From Haliotis rufescens (lineage: Eukaryota), in assembly GCF_023055435.1 (NCBI RefSeq), contig NW_025963813.1, forward strand, positions 27,714,001-27,778,000: a stretch of 64,000 nucleotides of DNA, written 5' to 3'. Both the position numbers and the translations under genes were made by a program. The notes beneath the pieces are model-generated. The model saw nothing but the letters and a program-made list of their open reading frames with translations. It did not search any database and was not told the origin of the DNA. Shown piece after piece: positions 48,826 to 62,808 of the stretch. Position 1 is the first letter of the stretch; the number at the start of each line of letters is the position of its first letter.

Positions 48826-50282
48826 TTGTATTATAAAACCGGCAAATCTGGACAAAATGACAGCAGTATCGACACACACGAGCTTCTTTTTCATAAGGAA
48901 TTCTGAAATAATATAAAAACTTTAGTACATATAACCCCACATGCACACCGTTAATATCAATAAAATGAGTCATTTGAACACAGATAGCTTACAAACTAGA
49001 CTTTGCCCTTTCTTCAGACACTCATATATAAACAGGCAAGATAAACAGTAAAAAGATTGGACTTGACAAGTATATAAAAAGGTGGGTGTGTCGATTTACG
49101 AGTGCTCATTGATGTGAAACAATATTTACCTGGAGAGATACAAAAACCAATGCACGTTTCTGTATGTCCAAACTCGCAAGAGAATGTCAAGATCTAGTGC
49201 AGCAAGCACGAATGGTCATGTTCATAATCTGTGATTCTCAAATCTTGCGCACTAATTTGATAAGACAGTATCTTAAACTGTTTAAAATGCATCGGTACAT
49301 GGCATGATTAAGTGCGTGAATGCCCCGACTAAACTAAGAGAGGAACCCTGTCATCGGCACGTTGAATGCTGAGGTTGAGAACGCCACATTGTCACAAGTT
49401 AAATACAATGATACGTGTAACGTTTACTCGATAACCGTGGTTAGACATTGACCCAGCACTCCACGTGTGACGACTTCATTGACGCCATCGGTTCCACACT
49501 GCTGTCCTTCCCCGACGGTAGCAAGTGGCCACCAAGGCCTATAATGGACACACGCGTTGTTGAGTGAAGATGTCCAAGGCATCGTTCTCGGCATCAATGA
49601 CGTCATCATGTTGTTAACAAGTTGTGTACAACCATCATACTAAGCTCATAGTCTTAAACAAACAAAATATATCTGGTCTTGCGGCTGAAGCTGAAACAAT
49701 ATCTAATCTCGATACTAAATATCTAGTCTCAATCCCATACTATTTTGTGGTCAGCCGAATAGACAACGTAGACCTCAGTGTATCTGTCTATTGGATAATG
49801 GACGGTTACTTTGACCTCACCCCCAACCCAAATAGAATTTACACTTGACGGTGCCCAGACGTCTGCATCAGTCACCATATTGCTTACTGTCTTGTGTATT
49901 CACAAACTCGGAATGGCTCAATCCAAGGCCAAAATACAAAATTTTAAGTCGAGTTACAATTTTCGGTAAATGTACCGGGTCGTACCCGGGTTGCCAGTGT
50001 GTCACGAGGGATTTTACTTATAAACTATACCATAGATAACAAAAATGCTATATTTAGCATGACGTTGCCATTGCAAACAGGTTCCTAAGTCCTGCTGGCA
50101 TACCATTGGTATCACAAAGCTAGCGACAACTGGTAGCGACGGACGCGTTTAGTATCGCTCGTGTGTCATCCATATCAGATCCCTCCGACGCCCTGTGTTT
50201 GAAATGTAAAGTACTGGACCTCTTTGAAAGGATCAGTTAGAGCGAACATTGAACATTGTGTGAAATTGGATGAACTTTCGCC

Positions 50283-50901
50283 ATGATTCGCTACACATTA
50301 TTCGCTGTTATGGTGGTCGTGTTTCTGTCATATGTTTCCGGGCAAACCGACTTGGCACACAGTTACACCCCGGACAAACAACCTCTGAATGAGACGGCGT
50401 TGTTTGTGGCAGACGCTTTATATAAACACCCAGTTCTTTTCCGTAAACTTCTCAAGATCGGCGCTGCTGCTAAGCCGTTGTTGAAGCTAGGGGGAAATGA
50501 CCCCAAACTTGGCATGTTTTGGAACTTTGTTCTGGATATGTTACCAGGACTGCTGCAGTCGCCGGAAACCGCCAGCATCCTGGAAATCCTGGCCGACGAA
50601 CTCCACCGAGTCAACATCACTGATGTGTATGGCTTTCTCCAAGCTCATAACATGACCCAAGACAACCCACAGGCAAAGCAGATGGTGAGCGGCGCCATTT
50701 GGAAAAGATTCGATAAACTCCGAACTGTCCGGAGAATCCTGACCGGCAATTCTGCTCGTCATTTTCTTCCCATGACCAGCAACGACACCATCACCGATGT
50801 CTGCTACAACGACATGATGAACTTCATGGACGCCATGATCAGCGCTCAAATACCACCCAGAGACGCCCTTAACTACACCTTCATTCCCTGGGCGCTGAAC
50901 A
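50283..50901 (+). CDS. Paralogous intact exon 1 ('1a'); likely first exon of NRF/EF-hand gene, copy 2
   Basis: Signal peptide MIRYTLFAVMVVVFLSYVSG; shares QPLNETALFVADALYKHP, ADELH.VNITDVY, CY.DMMNF, QIPPR..LNY...PWAL with exon 1b; ends AAC A|gtaagt (phase 1). Confidence 0.85.
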
Positions 50902-50933
50902 GTAAGTATACATTCTCCCGTGATCCCAGATCA

Positions 50934-51046
50934 GGGCCCACCTTCACAAAGCGATCGTAGCGCTAATAAGATTCGTAACTCCCATAGGTACTTTAACACA
51001 GGCTTACAAGAGTCGCAGCTCCAAGATCGCTTTGTGCAAGTGGGCC
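50934..51046. mobile_element. Small MITE-like palindromic element
   Basis: gggcccaccttcacaaagcgatc / gatcgctttgtgcaagtgggcc. Confidence 0.65.
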
Positions 51047-52351
51047 GAGTAAGATGTTCACCGCATTAAGATGATCTTCTCAACAGTAAGTAGAAGTTCG
51101 GCCCTAATCCAAGACCATGTCTTACTGTATTAAGAAAATTGTCTAAGTTTTACCTTTATCCATATAGGTATTTTAAAGATGAAAATGATTTAATCTAACT
51201 GTTCAAATGGAAAAAAGAAGAGGTTCCCTGTGCATTCTATTGAGTGAGACGTACTTTTTAACTGCTGCGCCAAATTCACACGTTACCATAGAGGCATGGA
51301 GGGAGACCACTCACAGTGTTAACTGTTAACTGCATAAAAGTGTTATTAATGGTATTTACCTGTTTACGTCAAATAGAACACAACCACTTTAAGATAAACC
51401 ATTAATGGTATAGAAAGCATCACAGTTTCCATTCTGACGTTATTATTTAAAATAAAATGTCCACGCCAGAGATTATCCCCCTTAACAGATTCCATTGGGC
51501 GTAAACGGAAAAATAGCGGTGAAAATCAGAGAACACCAGGTGTTCGCGAAAATAACGTTTCACCTTTGCCATTACGTAATGCAAACCCTCGTACAAGGGT
51601 AAACCATGCACACTTTACAACTTTGTGTCTAATTCCTCAAGATCAATGTTTACCAAATAGCTGTAATAAAAGACAAGTTAATTCTAGTTAACTTCAGTTG
51701 TTTATTTGTTTGCAACTGGTCAACTTTTCACTTTTCCCAGATAGTGCTGTAAGACATTCGTCATAAAAATCAAGCGAGTTCGTGCGTTATGGGGCGATCT
51801 TTGTGTTCCAAGGGGCAATAACTCGCCTTTTAAGATGATATAAGCGACGGTCCAACCTGTCGTTTCCGGTCTGGTTTTCACATTATTAGTTTAGAATATC
51901 AACATTTGTTAGTGGTTTTGCTTGTTGAGTTTATAGTCGACATATCACTGATTTCAAAGTCGTGCAGACCTAAATTACTTTGATCAACCCCAAAATAACA
52001 CAAGACCAACGGACCACGATTTATTTCATTTTACTGGCCCCTAAGAAAAGATATTAAACTCGGACCAGCGGACCAGTGTTAGTGTCGAACACTGAAGCAT
52101 CCTTAAAGGGACTCTGAGATGTTCATCTCCCCCTGCACATATTACCCTTAATCCATGCACTGACGTTTCCACTCTCCTTACAAACTTTACCATAATGTTT
52201 GGTACTTCCAAGATGTGTTCATCAAGATTATACTGTCTGGATCAAACCATTCACTTATTTCAATTTTTTTAGAGCTGCAAGCTAAGAGTAATTACGGATC
52301 ATATGTTCCGACTTTATATGTTGATTTCTCAAGGCCATGTCTATTATTACC

Positions 52352-52552
52352 CATCTTTCCCAGGCAAAGGAGTTAACTGACTATGTGATATGAGAGTCGG
52401 AATCTGATTGGTCAAAAAGGGGGACATAGAAGGGACATAACTCGTAATACCCACTGGTGACGATACGATCAAGCCCAGAAATTCCAGCGTAGTTCTTCAA
52501 AGGAGGAAACTGGACTTTTACAGTCAGTTAACGCCCTTTACTCAAGAAGATG
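52352..52552. mobile_element. Internally deleted copy of the Mutator-like MITE
   Basis: catctttccc...gaagatg ends; perfect 9-bp TSD attattacc at 52343 and 52553. Confidence 0.85.
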
Positions 52553-52836
52553 ATTATTACCCAAATAAATTATATCCCATATGGGGCATCACTATACATC
52601 GTGTCACCTGTTGGATGTTCTTGGGTAATGATCAAATAAAACCACTTGACACTCCAAATTACAGGTCATATGACCCTCACCAAGGCTCGAAAATACCTAT
52701 CCTGTTCGATGTAGCCCTGACTCTCTTCCTGAAATCCTGTGGCGTGAAAGACTACCCTGGTCGAGCAAACGTCCGTACACTGTTATATCGGGCACGCACA
52801 TTCACTGTTTCCTCGGGTACTCGTGTATATCTTTCC

Positions 52837-53796
52837 TGTTACCAAGGGCACTGACAAGTAAGTTCACTGTTACCTAGGGCAGTGACAAGTAAGTTCACTG
52901 TTACCTAGGGCACTGACAAGTAAGTTCACTGTTACCTAGGGCACTGACAAGTAAGTTGACTTTTACCTAGGGGACTGACAAGTAAGTTAACTGTTACCTA
53001 GGGCACTGGCAAGTAAGTTAACTGTTACCTAGGGCACTGACAAGTAAGTTAACTGTTCCCGAGGGCACTGGCAAGTAAGTTCACTGCTACCTAGGGAACT
53101 GACAAGTAAGTTAACTGTTACCTAGGGCACTGGCAAATAAGTTCACTGTTACGTTGGGCACTGGCAAGTAAGTTCACTGTTACCTAGGGCACTGACAAGT
53201 AGGTTAACTGTTACAAGGGCACTGACAGTTAAGTTCACTGTTACCTTGGGCACCGGCAAGTAAGTTAACTGTTACCTAGGGCAATGACATGTAAGTTACC
53301 TGTTACCAGGTCACTGACAAGTAAATCCACTCACTGTTACCCAGGGCACTGACAAATAAGTTAACTGTTACCTAGGGCACTGACAAGAAAGTTAACTGTT
53401 ACCTAGGGCACTGACAAATACGTTAACTGTTACCTAGGGCACTGGCAAGTAAGTTAACTGTTATCTAGTGCACTGACATGTAATTTAACTGTTACCAGGG
53501 CTCTGACAAGTACGTTCACTGTTACCTAGGGCACTGGCAAGTAAGTTAACTGTTACCAGGGCACTGACAAGTAAGTTAACTGTTACCTAGGGCACTGACA
53601 AGTACGTTAACTGTTACCAGGGCACTGACAGTTAAGTTCACTGTTACCCTTTGGCACCGGCAAGTAAGTTAACTGTTACCTAGGGCAATGACAAGTAAGT
53701 TGTCTGTTACCTAGGGCACTGACAATTTCGTTCACTGTTACCTAGGGCACTGACAGGTAAGTTCACTGTTACCTAGGGCACTGACAAGTAAGTTAA
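52837..53796 (+). repeat. 31-bp tandem minisatellite, about 31 copies (paralog of 26695-27608)
   Basis: Same unit, head-to-tail, no spacers. Confidence 0.97.
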
Positions 53797-54475
53797 TTAT
53801 TTCCAAGTGCAAAGAAAAGTTCCGAAAAACACAGCTTAACTGAATAAACTGAATATGAATTTTCTTACATCTGTCTGTAAATAATCGAGTCTGGACCAGA
53901 CGATCCAGTGATTGACATTATGAGCATCGATCCATTCAATTGGGACACGATGACATTCATCAACAAAGTCAGCGAGCCTGACCACCCGATCCCGTTAGTC
54001 GCCTCCTACGACAAGCACGGGTTGCTGGAGGCCAATTCTAACCTTGATCATCACGAGAGAATATGTTATCACGTGAACAAACTCGGCTTGATTATAACAA
54101 TCTTCGAAAAGACACACGTTCAAGGTCCCACAGATAAAACTTATTAGAGTTTTAGCTGGACCATATTAATCTCAGCTGTTTATTTGACTTGTGCTGAGCT
54201 TTAACATCGGGTCAGCATATGGATTGCGACGGAGGGAGAGAATGGCTCACCTTGTGGCATGTCACCCCTCAATTTGTTCACAATCCTGCACGAGAAGCAT
54301 CGTCATCTTTATTTGGAATGTAGGAGACACATCCTAACCGGCTACTCTTGCATGTTCTGGTATCGTATGACTTGCTAACAGCTTGTGGCAAGACACACTC
54401 AGATTGTTGCAACATCGTTGCCCGGAAGACGCCACAACCGTCTTCCAGTCTTCACGAGCAGTCCACACTTTCACA

Positions 54476-54800
54476 ATGTGGAGTCAAGGTGTGTGTTTAT
54501 TTCTGTCGGTGGTTTGTGTCTCCGGACAAGCTGATCTAAGTAACAGTTTCACGTTGGACCAACAACCATTGAATGAAACAGCATTGTTTGTGGCTGACGC
54601 TCTCTACAAGCATCCCAAATTGTTCCGAAAGTTGATTAACATCAGCTCTGAAATTGGGCCATTCATGTCATGAATGTCAGAAGTAAGATGAGGACGCTTC
54701 AAAGACTCCTCACTCTTGGTAGTGCCCGGGACATCCTCCCCCTCAGCGTCAACGACAGTATCACGCCAGGATGCTACAGCGACATGATGATGGCCTTCGT
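54476..54800 (+). pseudogene. Destroyed copy of exon 1b
   Basis: Nearly identical start to 28448 but stop at 54671-54673, an internal deletion, and loss of the exon end, splice donor and intronic minisatellite; ~180 bp upstream (28231-28410 equivalent) also absent. Confidence 0.88.
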
Positions 54801-54904
54801 CAGTCAAAAATAATGAGTGTCAGGCAAGGAAATTGTTATTTTAGGTCGTCAGTGCCCTAGGTAATCACCGCGATACTTATGAATGAAAAGTGAGGACTGG
54901 AATC

Positions 54905-55135
54905 ATATTCCCTTGGGTTGTAAAAATTACATACTAATACAATGCTAGGGAGTAGGGCTTTGGACATGATACCTTGGGTCGTGAAAAGTAGGACTTGGAC
55001 CATGTTTCCTTGGGTCGTGAAAAGTAGGAGTTGGACCTTATTACCTTCTGCTGTGCAAAGTTGGACTTTGGCCTTATTACCTAAGGCTATGAAAAGTAGG
55101 ACTTGAGCCATATTATCTTGGGTCCTGAAAAGCGA
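54905..55135 (+). repeat. Diverged ~33-35-bp minisatellite (ccttgggtcgtgaaaagtaggacttggaccatg...), shorter paralog at ~29915-30032
   Basis: Tandem units with the same cc(t/a)(a/t)ggg...aagta(a/g)g layout as the 31-bp satellite. Confidence 0.75.
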
Positions 55136-55553
55136 GTAATTAATACCCGCCCTCTCATCGATATCAAGCGCCATTTGTTTTTACTCGAAAAAACACATTT
55201 TCGTCGATACTGTCCTTTACGTTACATATACTAGATTATGTCAAGAAAAGCATCAAACCACTGCAAAACTATTGGTCACGCCCGCAATTGTAGCGTCCCT
55301 GTAGTACAATATGGGACTGCTTCAGATCTTCACACCCTTGTGTCCCCCGCCCGCAATTCAATGATTGTCCTAAGCCAAGTAAGAGGAGGATGGGGTGGGT
55401 ACAATGTGTGACGTGACGGATAATGTCATCGTACCCTGACGGCGTGGGTTGCTGATCATGCTCGCAATCACTGGTTTGTCTGACCCAGACTGTATTATTT
55501 CAGGGCCGCAGTATAGAGCTGGAATATTTATTCAATCACTCACTTATTTTCAG

Positions 55554-55765
55554 TGCTGGACTCCTACGGCAAGCCGCCTAGTGGTATTTTCGAGGGAAAT
55601 GTACACTGGCTGGGCGAACCGAAGGAATGTCGGAGCATACACGCGCAGTTGGCTCCTGGAGTTATCCTTGGTAACAAAACGCTTACCTCCCCTATCGACT
55701 TCAAAGGAAAATACTGCCGGGCTGTGTTTCATCATCTGCCTTTGGTTGCGGACATCTCTCAAATG
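55554..55765 (+). CDS. Exon 2 of NRF/EF-hand gene, copy 2
   Basis: 212 bp, intact frame and splice sites. Confidence 0.8.
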
Positions 55766-57167
55766 GTATGTCAACACTTTGAATGTAACGTGAAGCCTCG
55801 TTACTCTGGACATCATTACGTCCCCATTTGACCCGTGAAGATCCGGGAAGAACAGATCTTCAGCAACCCATGCTTGCCGTAAAAGGCGACTATGCTTGTC
55901 GTAAGAGGCGACTAATGGGGTTGGGTGGTCAGGCTCGCTGACTTGGTTGATGCATATCATCGTATACTAATTGCGAGGATCGATGCTCATGATGTCAATC
56001 ACTAGTTTATTTACAGACCTGCGTTATATAGCTAGAATATTCTTGAGTGCAGCGTTAAACAACTAACAAAAAATATAACGTCCACAGTTATCGTTTTCCC
56101 AAGCCTATCTTAACCAACTGACCATCTAGATTAACGAGGTTTCGCTATCTAGAGATATATACGTTATATCCTGAGACAATGGATTATATATTGGTCGAAA
56201 TATGCATGCCTTGTTGAGAAGTGAGTGTTTTTATTTTCTTTAGTCAGCTAATTCAGCAACTCCACGCTTCTTTGATCAGCTCTTACAGGACACAGGTCAC
56301 AAATCAGGCGAGGTTAAGCAACGTTGGTCTCGGAGAGCACTTGGATGGGAGACCGTGTTCGCCAGATTGACTCCTGGGACTTGCTAGGGATTTGGTACTG
56401 CCCCACAGTGAAGCACACGCAGCACATGTTGTGTGTCCTTAACGCAAGTGACTCTGTTCCAATCATGCCTCTGTTCATCCAGCACTGAATGGGTACCCAG
56501 AAGGATGAGATGGTAATGACGGTAAACCTTCCAGCGCCTCACATCCACCGTAATAAAAATTATATAGCGCTTTCTGCATGCCTTGTGTAGTATGATAGCG
56601 CAATATATATAGGAGTAGCAGCAGCAGCAGTAGCTCTCTCGCATATTTGGAGTCTCTGATCCGTGTGTTACCTTTATGTATACTTTCGGGGGCACGGGTG
56701 GCCAAGTCGTCTAAGGCGCCGCGATTCGCAGTGAAGAGTTGCGTCCCTTGGACATGCAAGAAACCTATGATTGTAGGTTCGAATCCTTGTTCGCCCCGAT
56801 TATGTTTCTAGGTTTGTCAGCACCATACCCGTGCTCGTGGGTTTCACCGAAGTGGTAAACGTCTGAAACCTGCATCACTTGGGTCTTTCCTCCCACATTA
56901 AGCTGACACGCCGTAATATAACTGGACTACTATTAAAAGCGGCGTTAAACAAAACTCACTCACTCACTCAATTATGTATACTTTCCTGTAAACAAATTCA
57001 AGACTGGAATGTTTTGCTGGGAACATCTAGGAATTCACTACAAAAGCATGATTCGTTTATCCGGACATTTGTTAATCCGGACGATTTCATCTTGAACGGC
57101 AAAGTAGGATAAAAGAACGTTCACTGTATTTCATCAGTCATGTGAGGTATATAACCTGATGGATCTA

Positions 57168-58663
57168 AACTGAGGGCCAAAAGAAACGTTACCAACATTA
57201 ACTGATTTGCCACTTTGAAAGAAAGATGCCAACCTGTTCAAAGAACACATCTCACGAATACAGCCTTCATGTTCTCTTTCGTTCTTTGGACGTGCTTTGC
57301 GGATTTTGGGAGATATTGGTGTTTTTCAGCAATTTTTTAAAACCTTCTTTCCAAAATTATCGTGCAATTTGCGGGTATAAATTACGCACGGATCTGTTCC
57401 CTATCATTGGTTGCGATGATTAACACCAACGAACATGCCAAGACTGACCGCTGTCCAGAGGGAGAGAGCCATAGGTATGCTGCAGATGGGAGCGACACAG
57501 AGAGAGGTTGCCATTTAACATGAACTGCTCCAAGATGACCATTACCAGACTGATCGCACGTCTCCGACAGACTGGCAGAACCGCAGACAGACCACGGAGT
57601 GGCAGACCAAAGGTCACGACCCCGCAGGATGACGCCTTTTTACGGGTCCTTCATCTGAGGAACAGATTTCTTACTGTGATGTCATCAGCTGCCAACAGCT
57701 TAGGACATCCGGTCAGCAGGCAAACAGTGACCAGACGACTACGACATTATGGCCTCCGGGCTTATCGCCCTTTCAAGGGCATGACCTTGACCCGTCAAAA
57801 TCGACGTGCCAGATTGACTTGGTGCAGGCAAACTCAGCGATGGCAACAAAGGGAATGACGGCGAGTGTTGTTTAGTGACGAGAGCAGGTTCCAACTCTTA
57901 ATACCTTCGGACGCGAGTTTATCGACGACGTGGTGAACGTACGGCTCCTTGTTGTGTCCAGGAGGTGGAACCGTACGGGGACGGAAGTGTGATGGTCTGG
58001 GGCGGCATTTGCGGGGACGAGAAGACGGAACTTGTCATCATCGAAGGCAATCTGACAGCACAACGCTACATTGACAATATCTTACGGCCAGTGGTTCTTC
58101 CTTTCATCCAGCGTCAACAACGGACGGTGTTCCAACAAGATAACGCCACACCCCATAAAGCCCGTATTACAAGTGACTTCCTCAACGCCAACAACGTGAC
58201 TGTCCTGCCGTGGCCAGCTCAATCACCAGATCTGTCACCCATAGAACATCTCTGGGACGTCGTCTTCGGAAACGTCAACATCCTCCCTTCACGAGACAAG
58301 CGTTGATCGTTGCCCTCCTTGAGGAATGGAATCGGATACCTGCATGAGACGCTTGTCTACTCAGTTCGACGCCGCATTCGAAGATGCATTGCCGCTCATG
58401 GAGGTCATATCCCGTATTGAACGGTCTGGGCCGTCGTCACCTTAAAGTTGTAACCAATGTTGTTGATCGAATATTGGACGAATGATCCCTTGTCAAGAAA
58501 TGTCCTTGAAGGAGGTCAAGGACTTTGTTGTTGAATTAGTAAACGGATTTTACTGTTCTGAATGATGGATTTCTACAATACAATTGTTATTGCTGCTTCT
58601 AATTGTGTTGGTCATATTCTATCCTAGAAATATCGTTGGTAACGTTTCTTTTGGCCGTCAGTT
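57168..58663 (+). mobile_element. Tc1/mariner transposon (same family as 12750-14259), disrupted, in intron 2 of copy 2
   Basis: TIRs aactgagggccaaaagaaacgttaccaac / gttggtaacgtttcttttggccgtcagtt, TA flanks; transposase with stop at 57856-57858 and frameshifts. Confidence 0.93.
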
Positions 58664-59840
58664 TATGTCAAATATTCATCAAATCATAACAAAACCGTAT
58701 AAGCTTAAGTCAGGGCTGTTGATTAACACCACTAACACAATGGTGTATGTTCTCGTATCTGTTCCAAGAGATGAACATGATTAACAGTTTGGTTGTAACA
58801 CAAAGTGTTTATTGAAATACATAAATCTGCTTCACTTTACGTTGTTATGAGGCAGAGCCGGTACAGAGTGCTGACTCGACAGATATGAAAACCATCACGC
58901 CTCTGTTATATAACAAGAAGGGAAATCAATATTCCAGACTCCCACTCCCGACCTGCTACAATTGCAGATACACGGTATGTTAGGTTGTTCTTTTAACAGA
59001 TCCCTTCCTTGATTGTTTTTATGCCCAATCCTAATATTTAATATTTTTATGAATTATTTTCTGATGGTCGACATTTCTATTTCAAAATTTATGCTTGTTT
59101 GTTTGTTTGTTGTTTAACGCCGCACTCAGCGATATTCCATCTATATGACGGTGATCTGTAAATAATCGAATCTGGACCAGACAATCCAGTGATTGACATC
59201 ATGAGCATCAATCCACGCAGTTGGGGTACGATGCAGCATCAACCAAGTCAGCGAGCCTGACTATGCGACCCCGTTAGTCTCCTCTTACGACAAGCATAGT
59301 CGCTTTTTACGACAAGCATGGGTAGCTGAAGATAGATTCTCACCCGAACCTTCACGGATCGATTAACAGGATTGGGTGGTCAGACTCGCTGACTTGACGT
59401 ATGGTCAGGCTCATTTAAGCCCTGCATCACTTCGGGCTTTCCACCGACATCAAGCTGACACGCCGTGATATAACTGGAATACTGTTAAAAGTGGCGTTAA
59501 ACCCAACTCTCACACCCCTATGCATACATGCTGCATTTGAACCAAATACTAGTATACAACCAGGCAGCATATTTCTGCAGGTGTCAAAGTGACGAGATAT
59601 TCAGTGATAACATCCAACGTCTCGTCCTCAGAAGGTCGTTCCATTAGCTAACAAGTTGATGGCTTAGATTTTCTGGGATTCCCCCCAACCTTGGCAGGGA
59701 GTTCATTCACCAGATTTGGCACTGTCAGATTTCCACCTTGAGGCATGTGATTGGGTGACGCAATCATTTAGACATGAAGTATTGCTGAAGCCCCATTCTC
59801 ATGATTCCACTCCGGGTTCAATTCTCTACTTTCTTTCCAG

Positions 59841-59916
59841 GATGACACAGTGACGTGGGGCGTGTGTGTCCCCGATACGTGTAGCGAGCAGGACGTGGAA
59901 GAAATGTTCCAATTAG
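59841..59916 (+). CDS. Exon 3 of NRF/EF-hand gene, copy 2
   Basis: Identical to 32072-32147 including splice sites. Confidence 0.8.
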
Positions 59917-60292
59917 GTAGGTGGCGTTACCGAATACCATAAAGCGGCGGGGTTAGGGGTAGCCATCGATCGATCACTCCAGGCGCTGTTTAAATCCCGA
60001 GCAAAACTTAAGGTACCGCCTCCGTGGTGGAGTGGAGAGAGCGTCTGCCCAGTCGGTGGTTCGACCCCCGGTATCGTCAATTAATTAAATGAAGTCAGTG
60101 TACATACTGAAATAACTCATAAGACAGGTTTAAAATGATTTGAATGAAACTTGTTAGGTCTCAAACATTATCGGTTCTGAAAACCTGTTTTGTACAATTG
60201 ACGTTATGAAGATACTAATCGAGGTAACGTAGTATTTATTAATAAAACAAATCCTATGTGCAGCATGTAGGCTTGGATTTATTATTTTGCAG

Positions 60293-60404
60293 GTTTCATG
60301 AAGAATTTCCAGACGACTCCCGATAATGTCTCATGTTCAGACATCCAGGAACCTACTGGTCATGTGCCCGTCACGCCCCGGACTCCCACGACCGGTCCCC
60401 CCAC
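60293..60404 (+). CDS. Exon 4 of NRF/EF-hand gene, copy 2
   Basis: 112 bp, frame and splice sites kept (PPT changed to PTT). Confidence 0.75.
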
Positions 60405-62683
60405 GTGAGTACATCACATCCCAGATGCGACCCGTGAAGATCCGGGTTAGAGTAGGTCTTCAGCAACCCATGCTTGTTAGAGGCGACTGACGGGATTGGG
60501 GGGTGAGGCTCGCTGGCCTGGTTGATTAATGTCATCGTGTTCCAACTGCGTTGATCGAAACTCCTGTCAATCAGTGGATTATCTGGTCCGGTTCAGAATC
60601 GATTATTTACAGACTGCCACCACATAGCTGGAATAATGAGCACCGAGTGCGGCGTTTTACAACAATCTTGACCCGTTCTCCAAAACCAACTTAACGCTGC
60701 TATTATCGCATCTTCCCGAGGCAAGGGACTAAGCTGACTATAAGTCCAATTTTATGCCGAACTGGGCTTGAATTTCTGAGTTATATTTTTACTAGCCTAA
60801 CGATCGCGAGTGTATGCATATTCCAGTCAAAATCGCGTATCGGAATAGACATACGATTCGTAAACATGGCAACTTCCATGCAGATAAAGCTCGATTGTAG
60901 TATTTAAGTGCAAAGCATGTGTACCGCCACCTTGGTTCAACAGTCCAAATCTTTCATGTTTGATCAAATTGCCCATGTGATTTGATGCACTTCGTGGAGT
61001 AAGACCGCTTTATATAGATCTTCATCATCGATCACATTGCATTGCCTTGGCGCTGCCACTTGGTTTGAAACAAATGCAAGTGATATGAAAGGTGGAATCT
61101 GATTGGTCAATATGAGACGCAACTGGTAAAAGTAGCCAAATTCGACAAGGGTGGAAATTTATGAAGGTCGCATCTCGAAGATCGTTGATTAAATGGTGTC
61201 CAGCTGAGAATGTGTTTAGTTTAACGCCGACCTCGGCAATATTCCTGCTATAAATAGCAGTCTGGACCAGACAAACCAGTGATCCACACCGGTGGGGTAC
61301 GATGCAGTCAAGCCTCCGAGCCTTACTACCCGACCCTTGAAGATCCGGGGTAGAATAGGTCTTCAGCAACCCATGCTTGCCGTAAAAGGCGACTGTGCTT
61401 GTCATAAGAGGCGACTAACGGGATCGGGTGGTCGGGCAAGGTGACTTGGTTGGTGCATGTTATCGATCCCAATTGCGTGGATCGAGGCTCATGATGCCTC
61501 CAGTCTCGATTATTTACAGACCGCCGTCATATAGCTAGAATATTGCTGAGTGCGGCGTTAAAAAAACAAACATTCCGCCACCCCTTAATTAAGCATAGGT
61601 TGCTGGGAATCATGTTCCCGAGGCAAGAACGTCAACTAGCCTATTTATCAAAGTCTACATCTACCCTTGCCACATCAAGCCCACTTCCCTTTGCTTAATA
61701 TGGTAATAGCACACATCAACAGTCAAATCAAGGAACGTTTCACCATCCGAAAACATGGACGTGAAGACAAGTATTTGCCAAGTCTGTCCAAGTTTTATAT
61801 CGACACTGCCAAGTACTGTACTTGTAAGCGACCCGTGAAGATCTAGGATGGTACTTGTAAGAGGCGACTATCGGGATCGGGTGGTCAGGGTCGCTGACTT
61901 GGTTGATGGATGTCATCGATCCCAATTGCGTGGATGGATGCTCATGATGTCAATCACTGGATTGTCTGGTCCAGGCTCGATTATTTACAGACCGCCGTCA
62001 TATAGCTGGAATATTGCTGAGTGCGGCGTTAAACAACAAACAAAACAAACTTGTAAGCGGTACGATAAGTCATTCCTTTAAACACGACTAGTACACATTC
62101 GTATAAAAATGATTTACCGCTGCCTGTCATTTTTTACAAGAATGTGTTTTTCCATCTTAAGACCCCTCAACGATTGCCTTTGTGACGGATGAAATCGCGA
62201 ATGTTTTCGTAATCTGATCGACCAGGTCCTCGTCTGTGGTTGTCGCTATCTGTGTGAAGTCATACGAACAGTGATCTGATTGGATATCGCGTTCTCATTT
62301 ATATACAAGGGGCTCAACTCGTGATCTACACGAGATGGCGACAGGACCAAGCTAAGAAAAATGGTCTTGACGTGGCAAGGGAAGACACTAGGCTTTCATT
62401 TTGGCAAGTGGACACGCTTGCCTCGGGTTGGAATTGGTCTTCAGCAAACCATGTTTGTCGTATTAAAAAGACGACTGAGGGGGTCGGAAGATCAGGCTCG
62501 CTGACTTGATGCATGTTATCCCAATTGGCCGATGTTTATTCAAATCACTGGATTATCTGATCCAGAATATATTATTTACAGACCACCGTCATATGGCTGA
62601 GTGCGGCGTAAAACACGCTAGTATGCTGGCCGTAATACCTTATGCGTGGTACGATGAAATGTACATATAGTTGTCACTTGCAG

Positions 62684-62808
62684 CACTACATTTTCCAGTC
62701 GTCCCAGTGTTGCAGCGAACTCCCTTTTCACATCGTGTTCCGACTGCAAAGATCGAATCAAGCCAGACGAATGGATGAACTGTTTCTTCTCCAGTTTTGA
62801 CACCGACA
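62684..62808 (+). CDS. Exon 5 of NRF/EF-hand gene, copy 2
   Basis: 125 bp, frame and splice sites kept (K to S). Confidence 0.75.
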
